From positions 18,276,795 through 18,340,794 of the forward strand of contig NC_092670.1 in assembly GCF_964355755.1 (NCBI RefSeq): a stretch of DNA of 64,000 nucleotides, read 5' to 3'. The stretch's first letter is position 1, and each line of letters begins with the position of its first letter. The notes beneath the pieces were generated by a model, which searched no databases, was not told where the DNA came from, and saw only the letters and a list, made by a program, of their open reading frames with translations. Shown here piece after piece: positions 1-12,580 of this stretch. Origin of the DNA: Antedon mediterranea (lineage: Eukaryota > Animalia > Echinodermata). The translations under genes were made by a program, and so were the position numbers.

Positions 1-164
1 AATTTAATCCTACTAAGTGCTGATAACTTATACTACCAATTACTATTAAATCAACTACTGGTGATATTAACTACTCTATTTTGTGATTCAGATATTCCAA
101 AGCTCTTGTTAAACAATGTTTATTTATATTATTTAAAATACACAAAATTAATTTTTTCTTGTAG

Positions 165-1158
165 TGGCCAAACCGAGAGCACGTCCTGTTACCAAAAAAC
201 GATCAGAGCTGTACAAGATACGACAACAGGAATCGCGAGTAATAAAACAACAAAGATATCGTTATTTACACCAGATACGAAGATATAATGGCGATATTCT
301 TACACCGGTAAGTTGAAATTTTGCAATTTTTGAAATACTGTATTACTTATTACTTACATGGAATTAAGGGTCACTAATTGAATTAAAAGTTTAAATATTT
401 GTCTGTAGTGTCAATAACATCTAAACATTCTTATTATGATTCTATTATGCAATTAGTATTTGTTGACAAATAGCAAAGTATTTATTTTACAGAGTTATTT
501 ACAGAGTGTTCATGATGCGATGTCTCCAGAAGTACCGGAAATAATGGGCACATACGCAAACCTACCACCTTCACCGCCCTCACCGCCACCCAAGGGTATC
601 ACAAACTTACCAGAACTGCCTGATAATTTTAGTGACTCAACCACCGATGATAATAACAGGTGCAGTGTGGGAGATTACTTCGACGATGAGAATCGCAAAA
701 GTTGGAATAGCTTCTCTTTCCCAGACAACCTGCCAGAAATCTTTAAGGAAGATCGCGACAGTGGTGGACGCTTCTCCGTACACGAGAATCTACCACAATT
801 GTTCACAGATGATCGCAAGAGTAATGTTCGAAAGAGCACTGCTCGTCAGAGCGATGCTCGGCAGAGTGGTGCTCGACAGAGTGGTGCTCGGCAGAGCGCT
901 GCTCGTCAAAGTGATGCTCGGCAGAGTGATGCTCGGCCTAGCAGTGCTCGGCAGAGTGATGCTCGGCCTAGCAGTGCTCGGCAGAGCGGTGGTCGTATTA
1001 GTGTACCATCACGAAAATTTGAGGACAGCCACAAAAGTAATAACAGTCAAAAACGTAGTAATAGTTTCCTTGGAGAGTTCACATATGTGGACGATAATGG
1101 AGATGGACTCGGACAATACACTTACGTCGATGACGGTACGATACCGATGGTGGTATGA
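165..1158 (+). CDS. 3' part (last two visible exons) of an unidentified gene; Ser/Pro/Tyr-motif-rich, probably disordered cytoplasmic region
   Basis: Exon 165-307 (ttcttgtag| ... |gtaagt) reads AKPRARPVTKKRSELYKIRQQESR...GDILTP. It splices in phase 0 to exon 493-1158 (ttttacag|SYLQSVHDAM...IPMVV-TGA). Contains YANL, TYVDD x2, PPSPPSPPP, NLPE/QL repeats and ARQS repeats. The 5' end lies outside the window. Confidence 0.75.
841..990 (+). repeat. Coding 15-bp tandem repeat (10 units, ARQS[D/G/A] / ARPSS)
   Basis: Unit gctcggcagagtgat with codon-level variants; degenerate units extend from 811 to 1005. Confidence 0.95.
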
Positions 1159-3289
1159 CAATCAGCGAATATTTATGAATTGTCTCTCCCAAATGAAGAG
1201 GAAGAATCCTTATACCAGAACGATTTAAGTTAAAATCTTAAAACTATCATGGTAGATGTTTTAGCGTTGAATCTTAGTACAATAAGTTTGTGACGGATGG
1301 GTGTGTGTACCTTAGATTCGGGATTCTTCTAGCTTCACATGAAGAAAGCCAATTTATAAATATTCATACTAGATACTGGTCTTACAGACAGACCAACGCC
1401 TATTGTATATTTTGTAGATAGTCCTCAATCATATTGTGTACAAATAACTAATATTTCTTTAATATCTGTGTTATATCTTAAATATGTAATTTTCGCTGCA
1501 TAGTGCAAAATAAGAAAGCAAATTCAACGAATACCTTGCTTGTTTGCTATGGGAACAATTTGATTGGTACTACTGAAAAATAAGAGGTAGACATCGCAAC
1601 ATTTCCCTAAATTAATTCATTTTGTCCATGTCCAGTGGTGCTCACTCCTGATGCATTTACAGCCCTAATATATGTCTGTAAATTTGTGTCCATATTTGGT
1701 CATTGTCAAATTTTAATATGTCAATATATAATAGTAATACAATACATAGGTAAACATATGGTACGACTGTACTATTTATGGAACCCAACTAAACATGCCA
1801 TTGATTAAAATTATTGTATAATGTACATGCGATACATTAGTTCTAGTGTTCATTAAATATGATCAAAAACGTTTGGTCTTATAACAGTACATTATATATA
1901 ATTTGGAGTTTGAACAAACTTAAAGATGCCTCTAATCTCCTAAACTTTTATCTCCTAGCTTAAGTTTTGTTCACATTGGATTATCAATACAATCCCTATA
2001 GGACCTGTGTTCTTTCAATTCTTGGCTATCTTATCCGTCCAGCTAATCTGTTAATACCATAGTACAAGTGTTATTATTATAGTAGAGGTTTTACTGTATC
2101 AAACAAGTTCAAATTCAGAATAACTAAGGTCGAGGATGTCAGTTTAAACGCAGCTGGTATACATAAAGTTCTAATTCGGTTTTTCTAATCAGAGTATAAG
2201 CTGTCTGGCGGGGTGCTCTATTAGTCACATTAGGGCCAGATTGGCCAGCATAATATGAATTAATATACCATGGCTAGACCAATTAAAAATTGTATAGTAG
2301 GCCTATCACATCATTTCTGATCTTGTGTGTCAACCATATTAATATTATGATCAAATCCAAAAAGTAAGTGTTAATTTAACTTTTATTTTTATATTGTCTT
2401 GTGACATGGAAATTTGTGATATGATTGATTTTGTTTGCCTTTTATTTTGCTTGATTTAATAATAAAAGTGGTTGAAATAAAAAGAAAACCTTATTAAAAC
2501 TAGGCCCTGTCAGTGTTTGTGTCGACTGTGATGTGAATATCCTGGCCCAGTACACCTACTGTATGTGTGTGATATTTCTTGTACAAATACAGAAATACAA
2601 CTTAAGTATTTTCTGACTTACAGACATAGAATTTTACAACAATTATGATTGTGAATTGAATATTTAAAGAAAAATATTCAGGAAATATAAATAGGGTGCA
2701 ACGTTGGTTGGTAACAAGATGATGTCAATGATAGTTGCCCAAATGACAATGACTTATAGGAGTATTCAACTGAGCTGTTTAAGCAGCGGATGTAGCTCCT
2801 CAAATTCCCCTGCTGTTTATGTGGGAGCAGATCACTGCAAGGTGTTTGTGGGTGACCAGTTAAATACGCCTACTGTGTCCCAAGAGGAGTATTAAAAGGG
2901 AGATTATAGGTCTGTGGAAAATATGACCGTAAAGTCTTCAACAAACACTCCCATAACCCCCACATCCACCACCCTCTTCTTCCTAATCTGGCCTACCTAC
3001 AACAAAACCCCACAACCCCATATCCTCCACCAGTAGCTGTTATTCTGAATAAAGTATAGAATTGAGCTGCAGATACCAGCAATAATACAAATCCATACCT
3101 AGTCAATGTATATTGATTGCAATGGTGTGAAATTGTCGGTAAAACAAGCCAAATGATTATTGATGACCTAAGCAGTAAACTATTACAACTCTGTGTAGCT
3201 GTATTAATGTCCTTTCATTATGTGATGCATAAAATAATTGCCTTAAAATATCATATATGTTAGATACACTAGCTAGAACAATGGAAATA

Positions 3290-3450
3290 CAGTGGAATAT
3301 CCTCCTTTGGGACACCTAATGGAATTTTCCTCTGAATGAATGAAATGAGGGGAAATATGTATTATACAGCCAACTCCTATTCAGGGAACATCCCCTACGA
3401 AGGGAACACTGTTGGGTACAGAAGGTGTCCCCATAATAGCGGTTCTACTG
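3290..3450. mobile_element. Tc1/mariner (pogo/Tigger-like) MITE
   Basis: ta|cagtggaa ... ttctactg|ta: imperfect TIRs with TA target duplication. Confidence 0.65.
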
Positions 3451-4289
3451 TAAAACAGTATACAACTTTCCCAATACTTGACACCCAAAATATATGGTGT
3501 TTATGCCATTTACATACAGTAGTAGGAAAGAATTTGGGACCCAAATATTATGATTTTTGCAGAATTCCCTGCAGTATGCAGAGAGGGCTGATTTGGCAGA
3601 GTATTATATAAAAGTGTAAAATTGTAGATATATAAAATATAGAATAATTAAAGGATAGTTAAAAAATAATATAAATAATAAAAATTAAAGATGAATGTAT
3701 GGTATATTCCCTCCCTTCCTGACCATATAGTGTAATTAAACACTTATTATTATTATTATAAAACACTCGTCTACAGCTTGCCATCCAGATTCTGTTATGA
3801 TAAAAGTTTTAATTATTTGATAACGGAAGGGCGCCTTAATGTACCATATATTATTATTGTACCAATAAATCAATCATTTTAATCATTCAAATCTGCAGGA
3901 AATGAGATATTAGGAATACATGGTATCTAATAGCATTTAATGTATAGAATCAATAAGATCATATCATGTTACATCATTACTGTATAATGTACTACATAGT
4001 GTGTACTGAACCATAGAGCTTTGCTTTTTGATTAACAATAAAAAGAGAATCGCGTTACTTGCACATCCATTGAATATAATTCAGTCACGTTACCATTCTA
4101 TTCATTTCTGCGGTTTATAAAGATTTTAAATTCTGCCAACAGTTTGGAAATTGTCCAAAAAATTGAAGCCGTTGTCATGGCTTGTCATGTGATGATATGA
4201 TGAATTGTAATCAGGTTTTTTAACAAATTTAATTTTGAGGCCCGAAGATTATGGTTTTAAAAAGTGTTATTCAATTGAAATCTGCTATA

Positions 4290-4551
4290 CAGTAGAACCT
4301 CTGCTCTGGTACATCCATATTCAGTTGATATTCCTATTAAGTGGACACCTTTCCATAAATTTAGAGGCAATACAGAAGAACTCCTACAACAGGGACAAAT
4401 TCAAAACACAACAAATTCCCCCTCATTTTTTTAATGAGAATAGTGCTTCCATTTTATTAAACACTACTACCAATCCCTATTTAGGAGACATCACTATTAA
4501 GGGAACACTTTTGTTGGATCTTGAATGTGTCCCTTAATAGGGGTCCCACTG
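4290..4551. mobile_element. Tc1/mariner (pogo/Tigger-like) MITE related to 3290-3450
   Basis: ta|cagtagaacctc ... gggtcccactg|ta; shares internal 'ggacacc/gggaacact/gtgtccc' motifs with 3290-3450. Confidence 0.65.
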
Positions 4552-5348
4552 TATTTAATATTTATAAAAAGCTTTGTATTTGAGGATTTTAATATGTAAT
4601 ATTATTGTCTTGTATAATATTTAATTTTAATGGAAAGTTTCTTACTGTATTGTACATAACTGCCACTACACACCTGTAATGGTTTAAGTAATTTGTTGTA
4701 GGATAAAGTAAATTTATTTAATTTGTAATATTAATCAAATTAGAATCATCTTCCTTTGTTTTTGTATAATTAAATCTTACTATTTATATTAAATTATGTA
4801 AAAATTGATTGATTTGAAGTTTATAATAAAATATTTGCTTTTTAGATATTATCAGCGAAGAGTGTAATTCCACTTTTTCCCTGGATATTATCAATAATGT
4901 ATGTTAGTTACATAGCAGAGTGTTACGATTGGTTGATAAAGACAGTCTTATGGGAGAACTGTAAAGTGTTTTAGCCATGTATCTCCTGTATTGGTGTCTA
5001 CGTATCCACCCAGGAGTTTAAATGGGCGCACACTGTACTGAACAATCCTTAATGTTGTATTATTAGTATAACGAGCATTCACATTGAGAATTGTATTATT
5101 GAATCATACACAGCTGTTTTTACACAACAGCAGACCAATTATGTTAACTACATTGTTACTTTCAAGTCTGTTGTACAAAGAGTTAGACAAAGGGCATTAA
5201 ATGTTACAAATAATGTATCAACAAAATATTCAATTTTGTTATATTGATCTAATAAAAATATATTATGTTTTTGTTATGTATACATTTTATTGTACTATGT
5301 ATGCAAAGATGTGATAGGTGTAAGAAGCATTTAAAGGAGAAAAATGAA

Positions 5349-5620
5349 GGGGGAGATTGAGGGGTGTATTGTGTGGGAGAGGGAGGGGTGTATTGTGGGA
5401 GAGAGGGAGGGGTGTATTGTGGGAGAGAGGAAAGGTGGATTAGGGGAGAGAGGAGGGGTGTATTGTGCTGTAAGAGAGGGGTGTAATGGGGGAGAGAATG
5501 AGGAGTATATTGGGGAGAGAGGAGGTGTGTATTGGGGAAGAGAGTGAGGTGTGTATTGGGGAAGAGAGTGAGGTGTGTATTGTGCAGTGTGGGGGGGGGG
5601 GGGGGATGTATTGTGGGGAA
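5349..5620. repeat. G/A-rich minisatellite (~21 bp, gagaggagggg-tgtattgtggg)
   Basis: Direct tandem units are visible and explain the ORFs at 5344-5698. Confidence 0.9.
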
Positions 5621-6464
5621 CAGATAGAGGGATTGTATCTCTGTACCATAAAGGCTATTACATATGGTGGTTTAAAAACTTGCATGATAGAAGGGTAATC
5701 CTATAAAGGAAATATTGAGAATGCCCTATTAGGTTTGATCATCCCAAGGGTCTGATAAGAAAGACTAATCGATGGGACATATCAAACCAACTTATGTTAC
5801 TGTTTGAGGTGGTGTTTTATTTTGTGATCTATTATTATCTATCGCAATAAAATATATTTTTGAAAGAGCAATACATTTGTTTAATTTGTTCTGTTTTGGT
5901 TTTGTGTATATTTCGTGGTATATTTGCTAACCCTGTGCGTACAATGATTGAGGAACGCAGACTAGTCTTCGTGGTGTATACTATCCTTTATATGAAACCT
6001 CTATATACTTGTATGTTATACTTGCATTTCTATTAAATTCAATTTCTTTTGTGTCTACTGCCTGCATTATTATAAAACCTCTCCAATATTTGACTATCTT
6101 GAACTCTACCAGGAATTTGATTACACAAAGAATCATGATTTTGGCTTGTGACACTCTTATTAATCATGGAGGCCTCCCTCTCGGCCAAGGATCAAAATCC
6201 CACGCATACATGTATCGTTGCCAAATAGTTAACAACCTGCAAGAATGTCATGCCATGTCATCAGGAGTTGGCATCGTTCATATGTTCCAATTTATATGGC
6301 AGATTATCTTTGGCCTTCGTTCAGTCATTTCTCTAGGTTAATAAGGGGTGTTTATTGTGTGAACTGCAACTTATCTTGAATCTAATTCTCACTCAAAATA
6401 ACTCTTGCCTTTAATGTTTACATGACTCCTTAATGGCATGTTTTCACTGCCGATCAGAGTAAAA

Positions 6465-6653
6465 CCCTGTTCACATTGCCTAGCAAGACTCCGGAGTTTA
6501 CACACACTGAGCACAACATACAAAATGATGGTGTTGAAGTCCAGGTCAGTGTGAATTCCAGGATTTTACACACACTGGGACACAAAATAAGGCCGGAGTT
6601 GATGCCCTGGCGTGTGTTAAACTCTGCAGCTACTATAGGCAATGTGAAAAGGA
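6465..6653. mobile_element. MITE, probably PIF/Harbinger-like
   Basis: Left cctgttcacattgccta versus right taggcaatgtgaaaagg; imperfect inverted repeat extends ~40 bp. Confidence 0.65.
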
Positions 6654-8096
6654 TATTATATTCTGTTTGGGCTCATGCTTATTACTTGTCGGTTAATCAG
6701 GTTTGTTGAATAAATACAATACTGTATTATCAAATCGAATCGAGCAATCAGAGAAGTTTCAGAAGTGATCTGAAAGGTCTACCTAATTTGCAGTGGGTTC
6801 TTTACATTGAGCTTGGCCTATAACTATGATGTAATTTCAACAACTGAATTGAAACAGTAAGACATGTTAAATATATAAAATTATTTTATTTATTTCCTTG
6901 AACATATCATAAATATATAATACTGTATAAAACCATTTTTTATAGTACTGATGAAGCTGAAAAAATATATATTATTATTTAAAAACTGTTAAAAATACAA
7001 ATATGAAATATACATTATTATGTAATATAAAAATACAATAGTTTTTATTGCACATATTCAAACACCTTATCTAAGTTAATTTTTTTAAAGAAAATATAAA
7101 ACAATCATAAAAACTTCATTATCATTAACAAATGCAACATTTTTAGGTATTGAGATTGCAATTTATTTAACTTGTCGAACTATTGAAGATCCCTTGAAAA
7201 GACATCTTGGTTACCTTTCTTCTCAGAATCCTCTTAAAAAATTGAAAAAACAAGAAAATGAAAGTATGTTAAAACAACTACAGTAATTATAAATTCTAGA
7301 TCGTGAGAAATTAAATAATAAAACAACTTCATTACCTATTAATCATACATACATAACATAATAAATGTGTATGAAAGAAAAGCACTAGTAATACAATATA
7401 CGTGGTTGCTTAACCCTTCTACAGAAATGAGGTATTTATTTATTTTGACGATTTATTTTTCTGAAATGGAAGAATTTTAATTAGAAGAATCAAGTTCATA
7501 GGAATTGATAAAACATTGGTGTAATTAAAATGTAAAAAAAAAATGAAGTCAAACTAAAAAATAATCCCTGCGTTTAAAAAAAGAATATAAAACATATAGT
7601 TTGTAGTGAACTGTTTAAGCGGAACTGTTGAACAATTTTCAACTAATTAAAACTGAATACAAACGCTGAAAAGGCAAAATGCTGAAAAGGTTGGTGACAG
7701 CATTGTTGTCGACTGCCTTAAAAATCTGTTATCATCACAGTTGAAATAGAGTGACGTAAATGAAGTGGAAAAAACGTTAGTTATCTATTACTGATCCCTG
7801 GAACAAGGCACAGTGTCTCCAAGTGTCTTTTACTTGAGTCAGTTTCCTCTACTCAGAGATGATATAATTAGATAGCGGTTCGATGCTATTAAGGCACGGG
7901 GGTCAATGATGCGTACATCGGCTTATAAAAAGCAACACTTTTAAAATGCAAGTTCACTTAAAATGGGTACTATGAATACTGTACACACAAGTACATGAAA
8001 ATATGAAATAAAAGTTTAGATTGAACAAAACCTGGATTTGTTAATGTTTACAATTCATAAACTTTTAAACATTGCAATAGTCACATGATATTAAAA

Positions 8097-8765
8097 TACA
8101 AGTAATGTGATCACACAACAAGTAATGTAAACACACAAGTAATGTGTACATACAAGTACTGCGAACACACAAGTAATGTGAACATACAAGTAATGTGAAC
8201 ATACAAGTAATGTGAACATACAAGTAATGTGAAAACACAAGTAATCTGAGCACACAAGTAAGGTGAACATACAAGCAATGTGAATACACAAGCAATGTGA
8301 ACACACATAAGCAATGTGAAAAAACAAGTAACGTGAACATACAAGCAATGTGAACACACAAGCAATGTGAACACCAAGGTGAAAATACAAGTAATGTGAA
8401 CACATAAGCAATGTGAGCACACAAGTAATGTGTACACACAAGCAATATGAACATACAAGTAATGTGTACACACAAGCAATGTGAACACATAAGTAATGTG
8501 TACACACACATAAATATGAACGCACAAGTAATGTGAACATACAAGTAAGGTGAACATACAAGTAATGTGAACACATAAGTAATGTGAACACACAAGTTAT
8601 GTGAACACACAAGCAATGTGAACACACAAGTAATGTGTACACACACAAATATGAATGCACAAGTAATGTGAACATACAAGTAAGGTGAACATACAAGTAA
8701 TGTGAACACACAAGTAATGTGAACACATAAGCAATGTGAGCACACAAGCAATGTGAACACACAAA
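8097..8765. repeat. 18-bp minisatellite (aagtaatgtgaacacac[a]), ~36 units
   Basis: Long degenerate tandem array; produces the three repetitive Cys/His ORFs on the minus strand. Confidence 0.97.
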
Positions 8766-9330
8766 TATGAACGCACTGTAATAAACCTGATATTAATACA
8801 TAATTTATTTATGCTTCAGTAACAAAAATTATAATACAGGAATATATTCATAAAATACGATGGAAAATTTAAGTTAAAATTATTCATCGAAACTTGAAGG
8901 TATACCGTAGAGATAAACCATTAGTAATGGATCGTCTGACTGGGTTTTAAATGCTATACAATGAAGCCTATTCTACATTCCGCAAACCTGGACGGGAGAT
9001 TGTAAAAGAGAGTTTGTTTCTAACAAAAGTAAATTACATACGAAGTAAATGCAAATTATTATATTATAGAAGTGACACAATACAACATCAAAATCCTTTT
9101 TTTTCTTCTGAAAGTGGTTCATCTTTTACGTATTAGTCTTGGTTCTAGACCGTGTTTCAAATTAATATTAGTAAAAAGATAAATTTTTGTTGGAACATAT
9201 GTATAATACTGGAGCTTTCAGACAAAAATCAAAACGTCGTTTGGTGGATTACAGTAACATAAAAAAACTACGAAGACAATAACTACAGCTAAATTCTAAT
9301 TTAAAATGACGCACTATACAATCATACTTA

Positions 9331-9492
9331 AAGTTGGTTCCCACTAGGATGTACTGCAAGGACGTAAGTGCAAGCGATGGTTTGTCAAATTACTTTTAGT
9401 CGAACCGTTGCTTCCTCGGGAACCGATGTATAAATTCTTTGGGTACGTTCATTAAAATTTTCTAGTTTAGCATTCTAGTTGGAACCAAGCTT
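9331..9492. mobile_element. MITE family B (TIR agcttggttcccactag)
   Basis: agttggttcccactag ... ctagttggaaccaagct. Related copies or fragments at ~43905-44046, ~45572-45700, ~46222-46370 and ~46985-47030. Confidence 0.65.
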
Positions 9493-9945
9493 AAATTTTC
9501 AACAATTCTTGGACATGCTCTTGGACCCTAAGCCATGCAGTTGGTACTTATTAGTGCAACATTGAATTTTTATGTTGAATTAAAAGGTTTTGCGAAACAA
9601 AATAACTGCTGTTCATTTATGGCTTGGCAGTAATACCTTCTGGAGTCATTTTTCTGGAAAAACAAAGCCGAAAAGTCCTAAGGGAATACAAAGATTACTG
9701 CTCCGTGATTATATAAATATATAATAGCAATTTAAAATTTTCTTAAAACTTTATTACAAACAAATTAGTATGTTGTATTGTAGTTGATCAGTGGTGCATG
9801 GTAATGTTCCAGTTAAATCACTGGAAAAAAAACAACAAACAAAATAAATGTGATATTGTTTGAAGGTTTGCATGGCGAAATCAAATGTTGATATAAAGTT
9901 TGTGGTACACCACGTATATCAGTTCTGAAAAGAACTGTGGAGTTT

Positions 9946-9985
9946 CTCGACATTTCAATCAATATGCTTTGATCGTCCTCAGGAG
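9946..9985 (-). ncRNA. Degenerate Penelope-type minimal hammerhead ribozyme motif
   Basis: Minus strand: ctc-CTGAGGA-c-gatca-aagcatat-tgatt-GAAA-tGTC-gag. Has a CUGANGA box, stem II, GAAA, GUC and a ctc/gag stem I. Confidence 0.5.
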
Positions 9986-11679
9986 TGAGAAATAAATGTG
10001 TTAAAAAAATTTACTACAATTAGACACCATAATAGAACTAACCAAAAATCTTCACTCTATCTACTTCTAAACCGCAAGACTAATTAATACTAGCACCGTT
10101 CGGCGGCTAAGGCAACTTTTGATTCCCCTTTATCCAGTAAGCTATGTCACAACGGAAAATGTTTGTGGGAAATGTGTATAGGCCAATTCTATACTTGTAA
10201 ATTGTACTGTACTACCATAGTTGAACCTTAAATTCAGATGGTGCCTGTCTATTGGAAGGTAACAACTAGTTAATAAAATGTATAAATTATATAGCAGTAG
10301 TTGGGAAAGCATAAATACAATCTTTAAATTTCAGTTTAGATACATATAATATAGTTTAGAAGCCAATCAATGAAAATACATAAACTATTAAAATATTATT
10401 AGTATAGTACTGTAGTACTAAAAGGTTACAAATGAAGCATACCACAAAATGCATTGTGTAAGTAAAATTTAATTGAGAGGAAGAGATGTCAATCAAACGT
10501 CTATCATAAACCTGTCACAACAATAAAACAAACATAAGCAGAGAAACTTAAAAAAGCGAAACAAAATTGTATTGTGTGTATACTGCATTAGTCATTAGTT
10601 TGTTTTCAAAATCTTAGAGTGTTTTATTTTTAACTTATTATGTCAAGACTATTTCAGGTTGATCTAAAACTAATGCAGTTTTTAAATTTAAATACTCTAA
10701 CACATTATTTGGGGGCAGTTTTATACTACCTGGTATGTTATTTAAACATAATCAGAGAATCTATTGGTTTCTGTAGCACATTAAATAAAAGTTTTTTAAT
10801 AATTTTAAGAAAAAGATTTTAGACTGAAAGTGAACTTAAGACTGGATAAAATTGAAGAATGTGTAGTATAAAATAATAAGAATTTATAAATAAAAGAAAA
10901 TCTGGCAATTAAAAATAAATAAATGAAAAAATATTTTTAAAATGTAATGGAATGGTCTGTAGTTCATAGCTAGTGTCTGTATTATTATTAGTAAAAAGAT
11001 AAACATTTTGGCGTTTCATACATTTAATACAAAAATCAAAAAGCTGACGGGTGGACCAACATAATTAAAGACAATAAATAGTTCATAACCAACGTCAAAT
11101 GTGTACATTAAATAGGTATCTTGAAAAATAAGAAATGTCATTAACATTTCTATTTCTCAAAGAAAACTATAGTCAATACGGTTAAAAATATAATATAGCT
11201 AGTATGCACATTTGTACAAGACAATTATTTCAGATAACATTACATGCAAGTGTATAAGAAAAAATTGTAAAAAAAACATTAAATTCCTGGAATGTTGTTC
11301 ATTTATGTCAAGGAGAGAAAATGTTAAAGTCAGGATGACCACGCATATCGGCAATCTGAAAGTAAAATTATATAATATAACATTGAAAAGCTTAATAAAT
11401 GGTTAAGTTATTGACACGCGTATCTAGGATAATTGTCGAGTTGAACTGAAAAGAGAGAAAAAAATAAATGGCATGTGATACGATGATGAAACTTATATCA
11501 AAGAATCTGATGTAACCTTTCTGCTGGAATATCAAGTCAATATAAATAAAAATATGCTTCTTTTATGACAAATTACATTTTTTTTTTTAAACATAGAAAA
11601 AATTGATAAATTGTACTCAGTACTATTGTAGTATGCTAAGTGTTTCCAGCATATACTTTGCAGGCAGGCAAATAGTGCA

Positions 11680-11997
11680 TATTATATAACACCTATATAA
11701 ATTCCTGTCATTTGATTGGACGAATGTGGGTCACATGGCGTGCAATAGTATGCACTATTCAACGATCGTTAAATAGTACTTTTTGAAACATTTTTGTGTA
11801 CGAAAAAAAAACGTCTAGATGTTATATAAAACAAATAATGAATGTTTTGTATTCGTGTAATGGTACAAATAATGGCACTTGGTGAATGATGAAAGGTTAT
11901 ATCAACTCGGCTTTGCCTCGTTGATATAACCTTTCATCATTCACCTCGTGCCATTATTTGTACCATTGCACTCATAAACATTCATTATTTGTATAAT
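11680..11997. mobile_element. Non-autonomous repeat ending in a ~165-bp imperfect palindrome
   Basis: Arms ~11830-11911 and ~11915-11993 around a ttt loop. The 5' part (tgtcatttgattggacgaatgtgggtcacatgg) recurs inverted at ~30410-30458. Confidence 0.75.
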
Positions 11998-12422
11998 ATG
12001 CAATATTAAAAATAGTATAAATACAGTATAGTATACATGTTACAATAATACCTATGACTATTCATACTAACATAGCACTGAGCAGTATATACTTTATGCA
12101 CTTGCTTAGGTGCCAGGTTAGTTTCACATTTAAAACACATGCAATCATGTCAAAATGTATATTTCGTATGAATGGTAAGAAACATATTTTTATCTAAACT
12201 GGCCATCTACAATTTGAACAGTTCAATTTATGTGTACAATCTCAAGTTACTCTGTCTAGCAAAAGTCTGCCAGACTTATGCAATTTCAATCCATCTTAAA
12301 TTCGAAAACTATATTGACAACAATCACAAAATACATGACATTTTTCAATTCCAGTTCCCATAAACTTATATATTAATGTTCTGCAAACGTTTTTGACTGA
12401 CAACCCTGTAAGTCAATTGATA

Positions 12423-12580
12423 GCAACACTTGGACGGAGGTTGGTGGCAACACCTAGACAGAGGTTGGTGGCAATACCCGGACGGAGGTTGGTGGCAAAA
12501 CCTGGACAGAGGTTGGTGGCAACACCTGGACAGAGGTTGGTGGCAACACCCGGACGGAGGTTGGTGGAAACACACCTGGA
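12423..12580. repeat. 24-bp GC-rich tandem repeat (ggacagaggttggtggcaacacct), ~6.5 units
   Basis: Direct repeats; account for the overlapping ORFs at 12366-12722. Confidence 0.95.

Noticed and set aside
632-1228. 198-aa overlapping ORF with hydrophobic repeats
   Set aside because: Alternative frame of the 15-bp coding repeat; only the 460-1158 frame splices in phase with the upstream exon.
1234-2480. SECIS element that would make TGA 1156 a selenocysteine codon
   Set aside because: I could not find an ATGA..AA..GA kink-turn hairpin by eye; a SECISearch run would be needed to exclude it fully.
8065-8762. Three long Cys/His-rich ORFs
   Set aside because: Translation artefacts of an 18-bp minisatellite that is open in all three minus-strand frames.
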